Part shown: positions 39,411 through 53,300 of the stretch, one piece after another
Numbering within the stretch: position 1 is the first letter of the stretch
Layout of the letters: every line of letters begins with the position of its first letter
DNA from: Callorhinchus milii
Lineage: Eukaryota
NCBI RefSeq assembly: GCF_018977255.1
Contig: NW_024704758.1
Span: forward strand, 5,642,001-5,706,000
Length of the DNA stretch: 64,000 nucleotides
Reading direction: 5' to 3'
Position numbers and translations under genes: made by a program
Notes under the pieces: model-generated
The model's database searches: none
Told to the model about the DNA's origin: nothing
What the model saw: the letters and a program-made list of their open reading frames with translations, nothing else

Positions 39411-39735
39411 ATAATAATATAGTAATAATCCTTGCATTTGATATAGCGCTTTTCACGTCGGGAGGACGTCCCAAAGCGCTTCACAGAACACACTGTAAAG
39501 TGAATTGACTGTATATTAGTGGGCGAACGCAGCAGCCAATTGCGCACAGCAATGTCCCACAAACAGTCGTAGATTGAAAATGACCAATTTAATTATTGTT
39601 TTTGTTTTTTGGAGGGATTATTATTAGGCGTGTGGAGTAAGGAAACTTGCCCAAGGTTTCGCCCTCTGCCTGGAATTGAACTCAGGTCCTTCGCTTGCAA
39701 CGCGAGTACTCTAACCACTGAGCTACAGGACTCCA
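39411..39735 (-). mobile_element. Full-length tRNA-derived SINE, same family
   Basis: Inserted at cagaacaa|aggttaag, which is empty in the duplicate at about 35130. Confidence 0.9.
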
Positions 39736-41259
39736 AAGGTTAAGAAACTTCCATGATATGCAAAATGCATAATAAAACAGTATAATAGTTGACTTAATTG
39801 CTCTATAATGTTAAAGTGATTACAAATATATGTTTCATTCTGGCGAAGCTGAGCAATGCTATATAATACACATATATATGGCAAGAGCAACACAACCATG
39901 ATGTTTCAGCACAAATTGGAGTTGCATGTGACAAGATGTTAACCAGAGTTAAAGACTTTGGCTTCTGTCTTGTCAACATTCAGCTGCAGAAAGTTGACTC
40001 TCCTCCATCCCTTGACAAGCAAGTGGACAGAACATCGGTGGACCTGCAGTTGCAGCTGGAGAAGGAGAAACAGTCAACCACATATACATGCAACTTGACC
40101 AATTTCTGCAGAGCATAAACAAAGAAAAGTAGATGACCAAGGATAGAACCTTGGGATATGCCACAGGAGAACCGGGGACAGGGGAGAGGAAAATGGGATG
40201 GCATGATCAAAACAGAACATAGAAAAAAACAACTATTATGGTGGCTGGGCACATCTCATTTGTGACAGTCACTCGATCAAAAAATTATCACTTTCCAATA
40301 GCCGATGAGTCAAAGTACAACCTGAAGCACACAGACAAGGAGGTCACACTTCCTGCTCAGGGCTAAGTCCACTGATCGCAGCCAGGGCAGCAGTTGGGTG
40401 CTCCAATTGGTCTTGTTGTCCGGGGATAGTGAGAAGGGCTGAATTACTTTCTCTTCCAGGTCAGAAAATCGCAGCCTGGAATTGGCGCCTTTCTCAACAG
40501 CGTCAGGGCTTGTGCTCAGCGTTGACGGGAAGCCACCTTCGTGAAACCAGATCCATCCGTAACAACAACGACAACAACAACAAAATTACATTTATCGAGC
40601 GCCTTTCATGTCCCTCGCAGCACGTCCCTGGACAGCACTGTACCCACGTCACATAACACAGTCTATGGCTTTACAGACTGTGACGTGTATGATGGTTTGG
40701 GATTCTTTCCACTGACTGACTCGGGAGCAGGAATCTGAGAAACATGCAGCGAAGCACCATAGTGAAAAACAAAACTAGTTTGCGAGCGTTTAATAACAGA
40801 CAGAAGCAAAGCACCGACACGTTAAGCCTTTGCTCTTAACAGAATTATCATTACACAGTGTTTCTTTATACTTCTGCAAAACTGATACATTTCTCATCAC
40901 TTTCCAATAACTGCCAAAGCTGATCAATAGTCACATTGTGGTTGTCAGAATCGAAAGCCATGACGATGACTGTGGCTGTTACACACGGGGAGAGACTGGC
41001 AATCGCACTGTCTTCACAAACCATCCATCTGGCGGCTGGAAGATTGAACATTTCCACCTCCTAAACCAAAGGAAATTTCAATAGATTAATCACAAAAACA
41101 GCACATTTCAGTCCAACAAACACCTCATCATAACTTGTAAGTATTAAAAAAAANGTTTGCTTCATTTAACAAAGTGACTGTGGAGAACTGGAAGACAGCA
41201 AGTAGGATAGGTAGTTACGTGGACAAGGATTGTAGCTCTGAGCAGATGGTGAGGCCTCT

Positions 41260-41306
41260 TCATTTGAATCTCCCACTGTGTTGTGTTTGGCGAGATGCTG
41301 ATTCAC
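41260..41306 (-). CDS. Gene A terminal coding exon, copy 1 ([15 protein letters not shown]-stop)
   Basis: Acceptor tttgtctccacag|GT GAA TCA..., in frame with phase-1 donors, TGA at 41260-41262; ATTAAA about 470 nt downstream (40789-40794). Confidence 0.6.
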
Positions 41307-44300
41307 CTGTGGAGACAAATTTCAGAGAAAGTTATTGCTCAGAAAGGGTTATTATTGGGACAAACATATTTATATACTTAACATCCATGAAGTGAATTAT
41401 ACCCATGGTGCTGATCGGGAGGTGAGCTTTGTTTATATTCTTTATTAATTACCAGGGTTTCTCATGTCTCAGTCCAGACAGTTCATACACACAGGGCCCC
41501 AGAGACCAAATGGAGCAGCACAGCTACTGCCCCCAGGTCAGCTCAGATCAGCTCTCAGACCAGAACTCGAACCTAAGATCTTCTGACCTGAGAAGCTCAA
41601 CACTGTTCTGAGCAGTGACTTCAGCTGCTGGGCCATCGGGGAGCAAATCATTACAATATCCTAAACATTGTCACAGAGCACGAGAGACAGAGAGGACACC
41701 TACCTCCCGTAACGTGTAATTTTAACTTCTCAATGAGAGGTTCACAAACACCAAGAGCCTCGTGCTGAACCTGAACAGTTAATTCAGCTTCATTATGCCT
41801 GGACACGTCAGGAGTCACGGTGATGCTGCACTTTACTCTGAAGGTTCCGTCTTTGTCTTTTTCACATTTGGGCACCTGAGCAGCGAACGAGGCATCTTTA
41901 TTGCGTCCATCTGATAGGTGTTTGAGAGAAAAGGCACTTCCCTTCCCTTCAAATGTTTTCTTATCTTGAGCTTCCCAATGAAACAGTTGCCTAATTTGCT
42001 CTCCATTCCTCTGTAGACTGGAAATAATCGACATTTTCCCAGGAGTGAACCCAGTCACTGCCCATTGCAGCTCGGTTTTCTCACCGTGTTTAATTTCCTT
42101 GGGCTTGGACTCAATTGTAGTAATTTTAGGAGGAACTACAAAACAAAATGACAAACCTGATGTAAACATTCTAGTCTTTTTCTGCGTGAGACACAAACCA
42201 AATACACGGAAACAAGTGAAAAGCCTGGACACCGTGACAAGAGAAAGGAAGAGAAAAAGTGGGAAAGAGGGACAAAGAGAGACAGTAAGAGAGGGAGAGA
42301 TCTTCACACAGAGGGAGAGACATAGACACTGGGAGACACTCCCTTTTCTTTTCGATGGAGCTGTGAGATTTTTAACATTTAGCTGAATAGTTAGGCGGGA
42401 CTATGGTTCAACAACTAAACCGAAAACGGCACCTCCAGCATCGCACGGCTCCCCCAACACACACTGCAGTGTCATCCTAAGAAAGAGTTTAACTGAAAGT
42501 TGTGTGTGAGAAAAACAACTTTCAGGAGACAAGAGCTAATTTCTCTCACTGGCCATTCACTGTTCACTCCCCAACCTTAGAAAGCTGACTTATCTCACAG
42601 ATACTGTTTCCTTGCTTATAATGCCTATGAGCAAGATGAGTGACCTTAAAGCATGGTTGTTTGTAACTTCTGCAATGTGCACTGAACTGGGGAACATGCT
42701 GTGAGTTGGCATATTTGCGGTTAAAGTTCAGACATTGCTGAAACAGGCTGAGTATATGTATGGGCTACTAATCACAAGATAGAGAGAGAGGAGAAAGAGA
42801 GAGAGAGACAGCCAAGGAAAAGAAACTGAGAAGTAAGAGACCACATGAGCTCACTCAGGGGAAAGGTAACTGATCACTGCTACTTCTGAGTTTGTCACTA
42901 CTTTATCTGGAAACTTGGATACTGTCTGGTACGTGTATAACCATTGTCTTCAGAACTTATTTAACAAAGGAAACTGGAATTTGAAATTGATTTACTTGTG
43001 GAGACAATTTGGGAGAAGCTTATTGCTCAGCAATGGTTTTTATTGGGACAAAAATATCTGTATACCTAACATCCTTAAAGTGATAGATAACCACAGTGAT
43101 GATCAGGGGGTGAGCTTTGATTATATTTTCTACTTATTACCAGGAACTCTTCTGTCTCAGCTTAGACAGTTAACGTGGGCAGGAGATTCACACACAGAGA
43201 CCAAATGGAACAGCACAGCTACTGCCTCGGTCAGATCAGATCAGATCCCAGAACAGCACTTGAAACTTGGAGCTTCTGACCTGAGAAGCTCAACACTGTA
43301 CTGAGCAGTGACTTCAGCTGCTGGGCCATCGGGGAGCAAATCATTACAATATCCTAAACATTGTCACAGAGCACGAGAGACAGAGAGGACACCTACCTCC
43401 CTTAACGTGTAATTTTAACTTCTCAATGAGAGGTTCACAAACACCAAGAGCCTCGTGCTGAACCTGAACAGTTAATTCAGCTTCATTATGCCTGGACACG
43501 TCAGGAGTCACGGTGATGCTGCACTTTACTCTGAAGGTTCCGTCTTTGTCTTTTTCACATTTGGGCACCTGAGCAGCGAACGAGGCATCTTTATTGCGTC
43601 CATCTGATAGGTGTTTGAGAGAAAAGGCACTTCCCTTCCCTTCAAATGTTTTCTTATCTTGAGCTTCCCAATGAAACAGTTGCCTAATTTGCTCTCCATT
43701 CCTCTGTAGACTGGAAATAATCGACATTTTCCCAGGAGTGAACCCAGTCACTGCCCATTGCAGCTCGGTTTTCTCACCGTGTTTAATTTCCTTGGGCTTG
43801 GACTCAATTGTAGTAATTTTAGGAGGAACTACAAAACAAAATGACAAACCTGATGTAAACATTCTAGTCTTTTTCTGCGTGAGACACAAACCAAATACAC
43901 GGAAACAAGTGAAAAGCCTGGACATCGTGACAAGAGAAAGGAAGAGAAAAAGTGGGAAAGAGGGACAAAGAGAGACAGGAAGAGAGGGAGAGATCTTCAC
44001 ACAGAGGGAGAGACATAGACAATGGGAGACACTCCCTTTTCTTTTCGATGGTGCTGTGGGATTTTTAACATTTAGCTAAACAGTTAGGCGGGACTGTGGT
44101 TCAACAACTGAACCAAAAGATGGCACCTCCAGCATTGCAGGGCTCCCCCAGGACACACTGCAGTGCTATCCTTGGAAAGAGTTTAACTGAAAGTTGTGTG
44201 TGAGAAAACTGACTTTCAGGAGACAAGAGCTAATTTCCCTCACAAGCCTTTGTCCATTCCCCAACCGTAAAAAGCTGACATATCTCACAGATACTGTTTC

Positions 44301-47300
44301 CTTGCTTATAATGCCTATAAGCAATGTGAGTGACCTTAAAGCATGGTTGTTTGTAACTCTCATAATGCTTCACACACAATTTATAATCTAAGTCTTCAGC
44401 AAAGCTTCAGAAAGAGCTTCACACTATTACAGAGAACAGCAGACAATGCTGCCGGCTGATGCTGAGCGGGACCATGACCACAGAGTCACATCACTTATCC
44501 ATCAACCTACAACAGAGCTGCTCCCAAACACAACTACAACTCATCCTGCAAAATGTACACACTGTAATATTGTTACTCAGAGTACTTATATCCTCTGCAC
44601 AGTGTGTTGACAGTATTGAGGCTGTTCCTTCCCAGCTGCAAAGACGTGACCCTTGGATGAGATGTTAAACCAAAGTCTTGTTTGCCTGTTCAGTTGGGCA
44701 TTAAAGATCCTGTGGCACTATTCAAAAAGAGAAGGGAGTTCTCCCGGTGTCCTGACCAACAATCGCTGTCAAGAAATTGGTTCACCGCTTTGGCTCTTTG
44801 TGAGACATTGCTGTGTGCAATTGTGCTGCCACATTTGCCTAAAAATACGCAGTCACTCCATTTCACAGTGAATCTTGTGAAGCACTTTGAGATGGTCCTC
44901 CAGACATGATAAGGCATTGTACCAAAAGGCAAGGATTATTATTTTAGTCCTGTAGCATATTGGTTAGAGCTGACGTGTATCAAGCAACAGGACTCGGGTT
45001 CAATTCTCATACAGTGCAAAATCTAAATTTCCTTACACCACACACCTGTTTACTTAGCAGTATGTGATTGTTGATGGTGGATTGGAGGATCACATTCCAG
45101 GGTTAATAATCCCTCCAAAAAAAAAAATAATAATAATTTGGTCACTCAATCCACGATATTTGTGGGACACTGCTGTGAGTAATTGGCAACCGCATTTCAA
45201 ATCTATTTCTGTGTCAAGAAAACTGGAAATCAAATCCACAGAAACAAGTGAAAAGCCTGCACGTCATGGCAAAAGGCACCAGGCTGGAACTGTAGAATGG
45301 TGTTAAACTCCATCATAAGCGCACAGCCCGTCTGAGCCTCCAGTAATCTGCAAGAGCTGCTCCCAGACAGAGTGTACACTGTCTTTTGGGCAAATAAATA
45401 ATTGAAAGCTCTACATTTTATCCCAACTGAATACAAGAGAAAGGAAGAGAGAAAGTGAGGGAAGAGGGACAGAGAGAGAGATGCACCACACACAGGGAGA
45501 GAGAGATAGAGGAACAGCACAGACTGCAGTGGCATCCGAGTGTAAGGAAAGAGTTTAACTGAAAGTTATGTGTGAGGAAAATGACTTTCAGGAGATATGA
45601 GCTAATTTATCTCACAGATACCGTTGATTTTGTTCACGCCCTGACCTTAAAAAGCTGATTTATCTTCGGTGGCCCTCCTCTTCGACCGTGCTTTCGATCA
45701 CCCTGAATCCCACCCTGCCCCCCACACTCCCCAATCCTGATCCTCAGCTCAGGTCCGAAACACTGACTGTCCAGCGCCTTGAGACGTCCTCCCAACATAA
45801 AAGGCGCTATACAAATGTAATTTTGTTGTTGTTGTCATCTCACAGATAGTGTTTCTTGGTACATCTACTGCCTATGAGCAAGATGAGTGACCTTAAGGCA
45901 TGATTGTTTGTAACTTCTGCAATATGGCAATGTGCACTTAACCTGGGAACAAGCTGTGAGTTGGCACATTTGGGGTTAAAGTTGAGTCATTGCCGAAACA
46001 TGCTTTGTATGTGTATGAGCTGCTAACACACGAGTGAGGGAGAGCGAGCAACCAAGGAAAAGAAACTGAGAAATAAGAGACTGCCTGAGCTCTCCCAGGG
46101 GAAGCTCTCCCAGTTTTCATTGACTTGAGAACTTCTGCAATAAAGGAAACTGTCATTTGAAATTGAAACCATTGTCAACAATCAAATTCTTTATAAGATA
46201 TTATCAACTCATTTCCTTATTACAAGTCACTGCATTAGATTGTAAGTTCAGGTCCCGATGGGATGTGAAATCACAACCTCCTGGACAAGAGATAACAGTT
46301 CTACACGTTCCGAGCCAACACCCATATTTATGTATATATAATGGTGAAATGTGTTACATTTTAATATTATGTATTTGTCAGAAATTATCAGATTATTTAT
46401 CACCCTGTATAAAATAATAAATCCACTTTAATCATGTGGAGCCCCGAATAAAGCCTCTCTTCACAAACAGCTTCAACGCTCACTTGAGAGATTAACAGTT
46501 CATTTCAAACGCTCCTCGTTGGCAAAATCATAACCTTTACCTGAATATTTCTACAGTGATGTGTGAGGGAGAGAGAGAGAGGAGACCAGACAGAGGCAGC
46601 ACTTACCCCCTTTAACATGTAATGTTACACATTTGATGAGCGATTCCTTCAGAGTCATATGTTTAACATTAACAATGTATTTTGTAGGCGAATTCAGCAG
46701 CCACATGCACACTGCAATGTCCCAGAAATTGCCATTGAGTGAGTGGCCAATTTTAGTTGTGGGATTGTTGTCCTGGACTCTGGGAGAAACTCCCTTCTCT
46801 TTTCGAATAGTGCCGATGGGTTCTTTAATATCCACCTGAACACGCGGGTGGAACCTTCGTTTAACATCTCGTCCAAAGTATAGCACTTCCAACAATGTAG
46901 CAAACCCCAGCAGCGCATTGGAGTGTCAGCTTAGACTATGTGATTCCAAGTCCTGACGTGGGGCTTGAACCCACAACCTTCTGACTCAGAGACAAAAGTG
47001 CTACCACTGCTTCAGGCTGACATACAAATGGAGCAGCACAGCCACTGCCCCAGGTCAGCTCAGATCAGCTCCCTGCCAACCGCACTCAAAGCTTAGAGCT
47101 TTTGGCCTGAGAGGCTCAACACTGTACTGAGCAGTGACCTCAGCTGCTGGGCCATCGGGGAGCAAATCATTACAATATCCTGAACATTGTCACAGAGCAC
47201 AAGGGACAGAGAGGACACCACACTGATAGCAGAACCTACCTGGAATAATGTGCAATATTACACTCTTCACGATAGAGGCATCAAGAGCCTCATGATGAAC

Positions 47301-50300
47301 TTCAACAGTTAATTCAGCTCCATCATGCAAGTTTATATCAGGAATCACATTGATGATGCAATTTACTCTGAAACTCCCATCTCCAATAGGTTCACATTTT
47401 TGCTCCTCAGCAGTGAAGGAGACAACTTGATTGTCTCTATCCGATCGGTTCTGGAGAGGAACATTTCTTCCTTTAAACTCTTGAAATGTTTCCTTTTTTG
47501 GAATTTCCCAGTGAAACAGTCGCACTTTTTGCTGTTGCTCTTTCCTCCTTAGACTAAAAACGATGGCCATTGCTCCAGGAGTGAAACGAGTCACTTGACA
47601 TTGCAGTGTGTCTTTCACACCATGCATAATTTGCTTGGGTAGTATGGGTCCATTAATTTCAGGAGGGTCTGTAAAACAGAAACATGATATAAACATTGCA
47701 GCATTGCACTCAGCGGGACTTGAACCCAAAACCTTCTGACACAGAGACATGAGCGGTACCAACTGCACCAGGCTGACACATAAACACAGCACCCAGTGGA
47801 ACTGAAACAAAAATGAGTCCTGTGTCATTTACATTCTGTTATATTGTTACTCTGAGAGTCTTTCGCCCACAAACACGTACAGTCAATTTACTTTGCAGTA
47901 CATTCTGTGAAGCGCTTTGAGACAATAATAATCCTTGCATTTGATATAGCGCCTTATCATGTCTTTGAGAGGTCTCAATGCCCTTCACAGAATATACTGC
48001 AAAGCAAATCGACTCCACTTTTTGTTGACAAAAATCGGCAGCTAATTGCGCACAGCAGTGACCCACAACAGTCGTGGATTGAGTGACCAAATTATTATTG
48101 GGTTTTTTTCAGGGAGTATTATCCCCAGAAAAGCGATCCGCCAATCGACTAACAAATAGGTTCCTGCTTATTGCAAGGTAAACAGAGGCTTGTGGAGTAA
48201 GGAAACTTGCCCAACATTTCAGCCAGGTCTCTCGCTTGAGTGGCAAGCGAATTAACCACTGAGCTACAGCACTTGGAGATGTCTCAACGATGTGATAAGG
48301 CGCATATCAAAATGCAAGGATTATTATTATTATTTATATCCTCTGCACGGTGTGCATAAAGGCTGTTACTTTCCAGCTGCAAAGATCTGATCTGCCCGAT
48401 ATCGTGAAGGTGAGAGATGTCCACAGTGCTGAACAGGAGATGAGCTTTGCTCATTTCATCTATTAATTACCATGTCTCAGCCCAGACAGTCAATGTGGGC
48501 AGACGATTCACACACGGAGACCAAATGGAGGAGCACAGCTACTGCCCCACCTCAGCTCAGTGCACCTGGGGGGAGGGGGGAAGCGTTGGTGGGCGGGGTC
48601 TCCACTGAGATGAGCTGGCTACAAGATGCTAATAATCTTTATAATCCTTGCAACTGATATAACACCTTAACATATCATCCAGATGTCTCACAGCGCTTCA
48701 AAGGATTTTAAAGTGAAGTACATTGACTGTGTATTTGAAGGGAGAATGTGTCAGCCAATTTGCACACAGCAGTGTTCCACAAACAGCCATGAAGTAAGTG
48801 ATGCATTTTATTTGGGAGATTGTTGGCCAGGACATGGGGACAAACTCCCTTCTCTTTTTGAACAGCTTGAGAACGGAATATTGGAATCCAGTCAATCCTC
48901 TGGAACAGTCTTGGAAGTTAAGTTCCCGATCCAAGTGGCTTCACAACAATCCAGAGCACTGCTGATTATAAACCAGCAGCCTGGCTCGTCGACAGGCCTC
49001 AGACAGGAAGACCAGTGACTGGAATCAGGGATTCTACCCACTCAGATCTTGGTAATCCTGAAAGCCAAAGCCTTAACAAGTAGTGCAGTCCTACCTGGAA
49101 ACAGCAAGCTATGTGCGTTTCCCTTGTTAAGCTCCAGCAGTATCCCAGCGCACACTCAGGGGTCCCCAAGCTATGCGTCTTGCCAACCTGCACCAAATAC
49201 TCTCTGGTATTAGGTAAGTAGGATGCATAACTACTGTGAGCGTTCCATTCTAAACACGGGGAAGTTTCCATGCGTAACTGGCATATATGAACTGTCTGGT
49301 TTGGATACCCTGAAGCACGGTGACGGGTTTTCTCAAATGCCAGACACCCGGCTGTCCAAAATAAACAGATCAGTGACCAGAGCTGCACATAGCCAGCGAC
49401 TTTCTGACCGGAGAGGCTCAGGGCTTCACTGAATGGGGACCTCAGTCGTTGGATCATCGGGAAGGAAACTGTTACTTTATCCTAAATATTGTCACAGAGC
49501 ACGTGGTGCAGAGAGGACACAATACTGATGGCTGAACCTACCTCCAGCAATGTTTATTCTTAAATGCTCAGTGACAGGCTCAGGCAATGCCTCATGATTA
49601 ACCTGAACAATTAAAACAGCTCCATCATCCGTGGACTCATTAGGAGTCATAACGATTCTGCAAGTAACTCTGAAGGTTCCATCTTTGGTGTCAGGTTCAC
49701 ATTTGGGCACCTCAGCAGTGAAGGCGGCATCTTTATTGTTTCTATCTGATCTGTCCTCAAGATGAAAGGATTTTGTTGAACTTCGAAATGCTTTCTTATT
49801 TGGAATTTCCCAGTGAAACAGTTGTCTTAGTGGCTGTTCTTTCCTCTGTAGACTGGAAACAATCGATATCGTCCCAGGAGTGAACCCAGTCACTGCACAT
49901 TGCAGCTCAGCTCTCTCACCATGTGTCATTTTCCTGGGTTTCGTAATTGTAATTTTAGGAGGAACTACAAAACAAAATGACAAACCCGATGGAAACATTC
50001 AAATCTATTTCTGTGTCAAACACAAACTGGAAACCAAATCCACAGAAACCAGTGAAAAGCCTGGACGTCATGGCAGAGGGCCCCAGGCTGGAGCTTTAGA
50101 ATGATGTAGAATGACATTAAACTCCATCATAAGCGCACAGCCCGTCTGAGCCTCCAGTAACCTGCAAGAGCTGCTCCCAGACAGGGTGCACTGTCCTTTC
50201 AACAAATAAATAATTTAAAATTCTCCATTTTATCCCAAATGAATACAAGGGAAAGGAAGAGAGAAAGTGAGGGAAGAGGGACAGAGAGAGATGCAAAGCA

Positions 50301-53300
50301 CAGGGATTGAAAGATAGAGGCCCAGTACAGACTGCATTGGCATCATATTGTCAGGAAAGAGTTTAACTGAAAGTTATGTGTGAGGAAAATGACTTTCAGG
50401 AGACATGAGCTAATTTATCTCACAGATAATGTTGATTTTCTTCACTCCCTGACCTCAAAAAGCTGACTTATCTTCAATGACCCTCCTCTTTGACCATGTT
50501 TTGAATCACCTTGCTTCTCCCGCCTACCCTCCACCCTCCCCAAACCTGACCCCCAGCTTAGGTCCGAAACACTGACTGTCCAGCGCCTTGGGACGTCCTC
50601 CCGACGTGAAAGGCGCTATGCAAATGTAATTATGTTGTTGTTGTTATCACACAGATAGTGTCTCTTGGTACATCTACTGCTAATGAGCAAGATCAAGTGA
50701 CCTTAAGGCATGGTTGTTTGTAACTTCCGCAATGTGCACTGAATCTGAGAACATGCTGTGATTTGGCACGTTTGTGGTTAAAGTTGAGTCATTGCAGAAA
50801 CATGCTGTGTATAAGTATGAGCTGCTAACACATGAGTGAGAGAGAACGAGCGATGAAGAAAAAGAAACTGAGAAGTAAGAGACTGCCTGAGCTCTCCCAG
50901 GGAAAGGGTAACTGATCACTGCTACTTCTCCTGATTTAGTTACTACCTTATCTAGAAACTTAGATACTGTCTAGTATGTGTATAACCACTGACTTAAGAA
51001 CTTCTGTAATAATTTTATCCCAACTGAATACAAGAGAAAGGAAGAGAGAAAGTGGCAAAGTAAGAGAGAGAGAGAGAGAGAGAGAGATGCACACACAGAG
51101 GGAGAGAGAGGTAGAGGACAAAACATTGGGAGAAATTCCCTTCTCTTTTAATGCTATGGGATTTTTAACATTTAGCTGAACACCAAGACGGGATCATGGT
51201 TTAACATCTCAACTGAAAGACTCCAGCATTGCAGGGCTCCCCCAGCTCACACTGCAGCGTCATCCTAGATTGTAATGAAGGAAATTATTATTTGAAATTG
51301 AAACCATTGTCGACAACCAAATTCTTTATAAGATATTATCAACTCATTTCCTTATTACAAATCCCTACACTAGACTGTAAGTTCAGGTCCTGATGTGAAC
51401 TCACAACTTTCTGGACAAGAGATAACAGAGCATATATAATAGTTTCAAATATTATATTTTAATATTATGTATTTGTCAGAAATCACCAGATTATTTCTAA
51501 TCTACAAAATAATCCATGTGATTGTGGAGCCCTGAATAAAGCCTCCCTTCACAAACAGCTTCAACTCTCCCTCTGGAGATTAACTGTTCATTTCAAACTC
51601 TCCTCGTTGGTAAAATCATTTGCTTCACCTAAATATTTCTACAGTTATGTGTGAGGGAGAGAGGGAGGAGATCAGACAGTGCAGCACTTACCCCCTTTAA
51701 CGTGTAATGTTCCAATTTTAGCTTCCTTCAGAGATCCCTTCAGAGCCTCGTGTTTAATTTGAACAATCAACTCAGCGCCATCATCCCTGGATACATCAGC
51801 ACACATGGTAACGTCGCACCTCACACCGAAAGTCCCAGTTGTTCTCTGTGTAATCACCGCCATCGAGGGAGTGATGGAGACATCCTGTGTGAGAGAGGTA
51901 ACTGGAATGCCTACTGGCTTGTTTCCTGCAGGTTGTTCTTTCTCTATCGTCTGCCAATAAAACAGTTTCTCTGGTGTCTGCTGCCCTTCTCTCTTCAGTA
52001 ATACAGCAATTTCAATGGGCCGTGGATTGAACCCAGACACTGACCAACTCAGAGTGGAGCAATCACAATGTGTCATGTCAATGGGCAGATGGATATCAGT
52101 AATTGTGGGAGGAGCTATAAAACAAACACAAGCAGCAGATAAAGATTAAATCCAGTTCCAGGACACACCGCACTGCCTCACACACACTTTACAATGTAAA
52201 CCTGCAGCAACACTTCAGAGTTACACAATATTACAACAATAGCAACTTCCATTTACACAGCAGCCTTTGTGCAGTGTAGTGTCTTGGAGCGTTTTTGAGT
52301 GCTTAACAATAGCGTAGTTTGACACTGAGGTGGGGAGAGTGGGAAGGTGATGGAAGGCAGCGTCAGAGAGTAAAACTCTTCAGGTATGATCTGAAGGGGG
52401 ATAGAGGGAGGCAATGTGGAGGGTTGAGGTAGGGAGATCCAGAGGTTCAGGGTATTGTTGCTGAATGCCAGGCTGCGGATGGTATAGTACAGGGGGTCAA
52501 GGGACATGTAGACGACCTGAGCAAATGACGGCAGTGGGTTGAGGAGTGGATGTGAGCAGGTTGGAAAGGTAGAGAGGTGCTCTGGCAAGAACAACAGGAT
52601 TACAACAAGATTACATTTGTATGGCGCCTATCAAGTCGGGAGGACGTCCCAAGGCATCCCAAGAAGTGATTTGTAGGCGAGTGTGAGGATTTCAAAATTG
52701 ATTTGTTTAAGTTACTCAAGTCAGATAACGTGTCAGAGTGATTTACAGTGATGGGTTCGTACACTGAGCATGGGTACAGGGGGGAGGGGGAAGCGACCAT
52801 AGGTATGGTCGCCTATGTGACAATACATCACTGTCACTACAAAAGTAACCATTGGTTCACAACTGATTGCAGGATAGAGGGACACATACAGTCACACGCC
52901 TGTACTACAACTCACAGATATAAGTGCCACATGGAGAGAGGAGACCACACAGAGATAGAACTTACCTGCAACATAAAATGTTACACATCCAGTGAGAGGA
53001 TTCTCCAGAGCCATATGTTTAACTCTAACAGTGAATTCAGCACCATTATCCCTGGATACATCAGCACACATGGTAACGCTGCAATTCACACCGAAAGTCC
53101 CTGTATCTGTCTGTTTTATCTTTGCCACCTCAGCAGTGAAGGAGTTAACCTGTGTAGTCTCCTTAACACTGGGGTTAATATCTGATGGGATTGTCTGCTT
53201 TTCTTTCTCTGGGATCTGCCAATGAAAGAGTTCCTTTGCTTCCTGATCCACTTTCCTCTTCACCAATACAGCAATTTCAATGGCCTGTGGATTGAAGCCA

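Larger units (their letters stand above)
33520..44640 (-). repeat. Recent nested segmental duplication of the gene A 3' end (33.5-38.1k vs 38.4-44.6k, plus an internal 1.69-kb copy)
   Basis: Near-identical blocks: 37337-38140/43829-44640, 36200-36904/42700-43396, 35420-36180/40760-41520, 33520-34460/38440-39370. Confidence 0.85.

Noticed and set aside
40460-40565. Plus-strand exon-like segment after ctttctcttccag
   Set aside because: No convincing donor, partner exons or recognisable peptide.
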